The notes beneath the pieces were generated by a model, which was given only the letters and a program-made list of their open reading frames with translations, was not told the origin of the DNA and searched no databases. Shown in pieces: positions 60,247 to 64,000 of a stretch of 64,000 nt of DNA. The stretch spans positions 149,508-213,507 of the forward strand of contig CAXMWX010000007.1 in NCBI GenBank assembly GCA_963422205.2. Direction: 5' to 3'. Numbering within the stretch: position 1 is the stretch's first letter; each line of letters starts with the position of its first letter. The position numbers and the translations under genes are program-made. This stretch comes from Gammaproteobacteria bacterium. Lineage in GTDB: Bacteria; Pseudomonadota; Gammaproteobacteria; Eutrophobiales; Eutrophobiaceae.

Positions 60247-61221
60247 TCAGTGTCCCCTATCTTTTCGTGACCATGAAGACTCATACGCCTTCACTAGTCG
60301 ATACATCGTTTCATGGTAAGGGGCGGGAATACCTGCCCTCTCAGCTTCCCGTACTATAGCGCCCGTTATCCAGTCTATTTCGGTTAATCGTTTATTGCGT
60401 ACATCATCGAGCATTGATGGTATATGGGCATACTCTTCCCCGCCTGTTGTGCCCTGCCCCACCGCCCGGCAATTCATCTCCCAGGGGTCGTCGGCCAGGG
60501 TGACGCCCCGTGCCTCGGCAATACATTTTGCCTCATCCATCATGTCATAGACCAAATGTCCCAGATCTTCCAGCCTGTCCTGTAGCGCAAATGCTTTAAC
60601 ATGAGGAAGATCGGTCACAGCAGCAATACTGTTGACCGCTGAATTAAAGATCAATTTTGACCATTGGTGTGGTAACAGATCTTCATAGGCTTCCGCTTTC
60701 AATCCTGACTTATTCATCAACGCTTCCACCTGCTTAACATATTCATAGGTTGTATGACGTTCAGCCCAGGGTCCCATCCAGGTGGCCGTATCCAGTTCAT
60801 ATTCCACATGGGTATCGGAGTGTCGTGTACCACTCATAAATGTGACGCCGGAGATAATTGGCCAATCCCCATAACGGCCAAGCATCTCCTCGCAACCCAG
60901 CCCATTTTGAATCATCAGGATGTGGGCATGGGGAAAATAGCCCTGTAAGGTGCGGGCGCTCGCCTTAACCGCCGATGCCTTGGTGGCGATGATCAACAGA
61001 TCACAGGCCGCATCATCCAGATCAGCCGGATGCGTGGCGGCGGTCAGGCGGGCGCATAATTCAGATTTACCGCTCACGGTCAGGCCCCGTGCATTCAAAG
61101 CCCGGGCATGCTCTGCCCGACGCACCAGCGCTGTGGTCTTGACCACCATCGCCAGATGCCCAGCCAGCAGGCTGCCGATGGCGCCAACGCCGACCACGCA
61201 CACGCTGCTCAACTCGGCCAT
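60247..61221 (-). CDS. Ketopantoate reductase (PanE/ApbA) family protein 2
   Basis: GVGAIG, QNGLG, WSKLIFN, SMLDD and TEID motifs. Confidence 0.9.
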   Translation of the reverse strand: MAELSSVCVVGVGAIGSLLAGHLAMVVKTTALVRRAEHARALNARGLTVSGKSELCARLTAATHPADLDDAACDLLIIATKASAVKASARTLQGYFPHAHILMIQNGLGCEEMLGRYGDWPIISGVTFMSGTRHSDTHVEYELDTATWMGPWAERHTTYEYVKQVEALMNKSGLKAEAYEDLLPHQWSKLIFNSAVNSIAAVTDLPHVKAFALQDRLEDLGHLVYDMMDEAKCIAEARGVTLADDPWEMNCRAVGQGTTGGEEYAHIPSMLDDVRNKRLTEIDWITGAIVREAERAGIPAPYHETMYRLVKAYESSWSRKDRGH

Positions 61222-61263
61222 GGTGCGCGCCTCAACCGGGCAGCCTTATGCCTTGCGTTCACC

Positions 61264-62463
61264 TCAAACAAGCGCGGCGATAATATCTCTGAACTCATCA
61301 TCGCTCACCAGTCGCGCCTGGCGGGCGCCCAGCTGTTTCACCTCGGCCAGCGCCTCGGCATATTTCTCCTCTGGAATGGCCAGCCCCAACTCCTCGCTTT
61401 TCAGTTTGATGTTAGACAAGCCGCTCTTCTTGCCCAGCACGATGCGGCGCTCAGCCTTGACGATATCCGCTGAGTATGGCTCTATCGCCTCGGGGATGTG
61501 GAACTGGTTGGCCACCGCCCCACTCTCTCGGGTGTAGAGAAACTCGCCCACGACCGGTTTCCAGCCATCGACGGTATAGCCCCCCGCTTGTTGTACCAGC
61601 TTTGATACGTCTCGCGCCTTGCCCAGATCCAGTTCCACCGGCATGTCATACAAACATTGTAACGCCAGTGCGACTTCGCAGATATCTGCATTACCAGCGC
61701 GCTCACCCATACCATTGATCGTTCCCTGTATCCAGCGAGCACCGCCTCTGACCGCCGCAATCGCCGAGGCTGTTGCAAGACCAAAATCATTATGCCCGTG
61801 CCAGTGAATCGGCACCTTGTCACCGACCCAGCCGCTGACTTGGCCGACCAGCCACTCCACCGCCTCCGGCGAGCAGACACCGATGGTATCGACCACGGAT
61901 ATCTCATCAGCACCGGCGGCCAGCGCATTCATATACACATCCTGCAAAAAGCCGAGATCGCTGCGGGTGGAATCCACAGCAAAAAAATTGACCGTCTTGA
62001 TGCCCTGATCCTTGGCATATCGGATCGCCTCGGCGACTTTCCTCATCACGCCATCATGCGTAAAACCATAGGCTTTGATCTTCAGATCGCTGGTGGAGAT
62101 CTCGATCAGGATATGCTCTGTACCTAATTCACTATGGGCGTCGATATCCGCCTGCACCGCGCGTGAAAAACCCCAAATTTCCGCATCCAGCCCGGCATCC
62201 AGTATCCGTTTTACCGCTTGTGTATCATCCGCCGACACCCGTGGAAAACCGGACTCAATGCGGCCAACGCCCAGCTCGCTCAACATACAGGCGATCTGAA
62301 ACTTCTCCTCCGGGCTAAAACATACACCCACCGATTGCTCGCCGTCCCGCAGAGTGGTGTCATAAAAACGTACCGGCTCGTTGCGATCAAACGGCGACAG
62401 GATGGCTTCGGTCCGGTTCAAGTCGCTCGTCCATATCTTGTCTGTCTGTGTTGTTAAAGTCAT
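61264..62463 (-). CDS. Homocitrate/isopropylmalate synthase family protein (DRE-TIM, no regulatory domain)
   Basis: DTTLRDGEQ, HGHNDFG and NGMGERAGNA motifs; ends shortly after GKKSG. Confidence 0.9.
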   Translation of the reverse strand: MTLTTQTDKIWTSDLNRTEAILSPFDRNEPVRFYDTTLRDGEQSVGVCFSPEEKFQIACMLSELGVGRIESGFPRVSADDTQAVKRILDAGLDAEIWGFSRAVQADIDAHSELGTEHILIEISTSDLKIKAYGFTHDGVMRKVAEAIRYAKDQGIKTVNFFAVDSTRSDLGFLQDVYMNALAAGADEISVVDTIGVCSPEAVEWLVGQVSGWVGDKVPIHWHGHNDFGLATASAIAAVRGGARWIQGTINGMGERAGNADICEVALALQCLYDMPVELDLGKARDVSKLVQQAGGYTVDGWKPVVGEFLYTRESGAVANQFHIPEAIEPYSADIVKAERRIVLGKKSGLSNIKLKSEELGLAIPEEKYAEALAEVKQLGARQARLVSDDEFRDIIAALV

Positions 62464-62572
62464 GCTGTTCACCCTTAAAAGTAATATTGCATGGTGTGCA
62501 GTTTAGCGAAAACAGGGCGCTGCGTCTTGTCTGCGGACGCCCCCTGTTATGCAGCAAGTTATGCGGCAACAA

Positions 62573-63451
62573 TCACGCCTGGCCTCGCTGGTGCATGTAC
62601 CAGTCGTAAATGGCATCGGCACTGGTAAACCAGACATCCGCCTTGCTCAGGATATAATCACAGGCGGCGGCGAAATATTTGATCCGGTGCGGTACGCCCA
62701 TGATATAGGGATGGATGCTCATGGACAGGATGCGCGGCTGGCTGGCGCCCTCGGCATGGAGTTGATCACACTGATCTTTCACCCGTTGCAGCCAGATATC
62801 CGATGTGTGCTGATGCACGACCATCATGGGTAAATCGCTCAATTCCAGGCTGTACGGCATTGCCATGATCGGCGCATGACGGGTACGCATCATCACCGGA
62901 TGCTCATCCAGCGGCCAGTCGCAGACATACTTAAACCCCGCCGCCGAGAGGTAATCCAGCGTATCCAGCGTCTCATGCAGCCCGGGGCCGAGCCAGCCTT
63001 TGGGGGCGCTGCCAGCATAGTCCCGCAAGGTGGCGAAGGCGTTGGTGATCTCTTCTTGCTGATCAGCCACAACGTGCATGGCGGCCTGGGCAAAGCCATG
63101 CCCCATGAACCCCCAGCCCGCATCACGCATCGCCCGGGCAACCGGCTCTGTGGCGCCGAGGCAGACCGCAGCATTGATCGCTGCCGTGGCGGTCAGATCG
63201 CGCTCGACCAGGGCATCCATAATGCGCCAAACCCCCACCCGCATCCCGTATTCATGCCAGGCCCAGTTGGGAATATTCGGCACTGTTGCAAGGCCGGCAG
63301 GGGCGGTGACGTACTCGCGCGCCACCGGCTTGTTAATATCCCACGCCTCCACATTCACCACCAGATACACCGCCATCCGGGCCTGATCCGGCAGGATTAA
63401 TTTCTCCCGCCGAGGCATGGCAGCGTAGTCAAAGCGCTCGTGCGGCAGCAT
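62573..63451 (-). CDS. Polysaccharide deacetylase (PuuE-like) family protein
   Basis: VNVE.W, EYG.RVG.WR, MGHG, GWLGPG and HPYIMG.PHR motifs. Confidence 0.88.
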   Translation of the reverse strand: MLPHERFDYAAMPRREKLILPDQARMAVYLVVNVEAWDINKPVAREYVTAPAGLATVPNIPNWAWHEYGMRVGVWRIMDALVERDLTATAAINAAVCLGATEPVARAMRDAGWGFMGHGFAQAAMHVVADQQEEITNAFATLRDYAGSAPKGWLGPGLHETLDTLDYLSAAGFKYVCDWPLDEHPVMMRTRHAPIMAMPYSLELSDLPMMVVHQHTSDIWLQRVKDQCDQLHAEGASQPRILSMSIHPYIMGVPHRIKYFAAACDYILSKADVWFTSADAIYDWYMHQRGQA

Positions 63452-63464
63452 AGACCGGCCTGGG

Positions 63465-64000
63465 TTACAAGATGGCCGGCTGTTCAGACAGCCCGCCGCC
63501 GGCATCCTGATCGCATGGGGGCGAGTCAATTCCTGGATGATACGGTTGGTAGCGAGTGGTGCGCTGTTGCGGTACCCGACCGGCGGTACGGATCAGATCC
63601 CGCATGGCCGCGGGCACAAATTCCTGCCCATGACTGGCGCCGGCGGCCCGGCTGATGCTCTCATTCATCAAGGTGCCGCCCAGATCGTTCACTCCGGCAC
63701 GCAGCACCTGCATCACCCCCGCCATGCCCAGCTTGACCCAGGAGGCCTGAATGTTCCTGATCAGCGGATGCAGGGCGAGCCGCGCCACCGCGTGCATGAG
63801 CAGGGTCTCGCGAAACGTCGGGCCCGGGCGGCTGCGGCCTTTTTTGTACAGCGGTGCCTGCATGTGTACGTAAGGCAGCGGCACAAATTCGGTAAAACCG
63901 CCGGTCTCAGCCTGCAAATCACGAATACGCAGCAGGTGTCGCGCCCAGTGTATCGGGCGTTCTACATGACCGAACATGATCGTGGCCGTTGTGGTCAGGC
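63465..64000 (-). CDS. cofH: FO synthase CofH/FbiC radical SAM protein, C-terminal part (runs off the window)
   Basis: TTATIMFGHVE, TGGFTEFVPLP, NIQASWVK.G, NDLGGTLMNESISRAAGA and R.T.Y motifs. Confidence 0.9.
   Translation of the reverse strand, partial: LTTTATIMFGHVERPIHWARHLLRIRDLQAETGGFTEFVPLPYVHMQAPLYKKGRSRPGPTFRETLLMHAVARLALHPLIRNIQASWVKLGMAGVMQVLRAGVNDLGGTLMNESISRAAGASHGQEFVPAAMRDLIRTAGRVPQQRTTRYQPYHPGIDSPPCDQDAGGGLSEQPAIL

Noticed and set aside
1-64000. tRNA or rRNA genes
   Set aside because: No cloverleaf or rRNA-like sequence recognised by eye; a tRNAscan run would be needed to exclude them fully

Overview
Gammaproteobacterial chromosome segment with four parts. (1) 1-8 kb and 34-49 kb are ordinary housekeeping genes: lpxK/exbBD/comEC/lolCD/tsaB, gcvTHP, cpdA, asnS, a DinG-family helicase, epmA/efp, htpX and parC. 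(2) 8.2-13 kb holds tandem DUF1640-like coiled-coil genes with variable stalk repeats and a large Gly/Asp-rich surface-protein gene that stops at a mobile-element end. (3) 13023-33059 is a 20-kb defective transposable-type prophage with a Mu-like head, a P2-like contractile tail and ~52-bp imperfect terminal inverted repeats. It has no transposase, repressor or lysis genes, and terS and the protease are fused back-to-back at ~17680. (4) 48.8-64 kb is accessory: an MTase-HNH fusion, two MBL-fold genes plus an MFS transporter, an AT-rich decayed cassette/toxin-antitoxin array with attC-like sites, and an unusual metabolic cluster ending in a CofH-like gene. The most striking signals are non-coding. 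Seven palindromic cassettes built from 7-bp tandem repeats sit at gene junctions of the phage structural operon and show compensatory stem changes. A separate family of 48-49-bp double-hairpin elements has inserted without target duplication into coding sequence, in frame in two cases. All calls come from reading the sequence and recognising motifs; no database search was run. Many frameshifts in 10-34 kb lie in homopolymers and may be sequencing errors.
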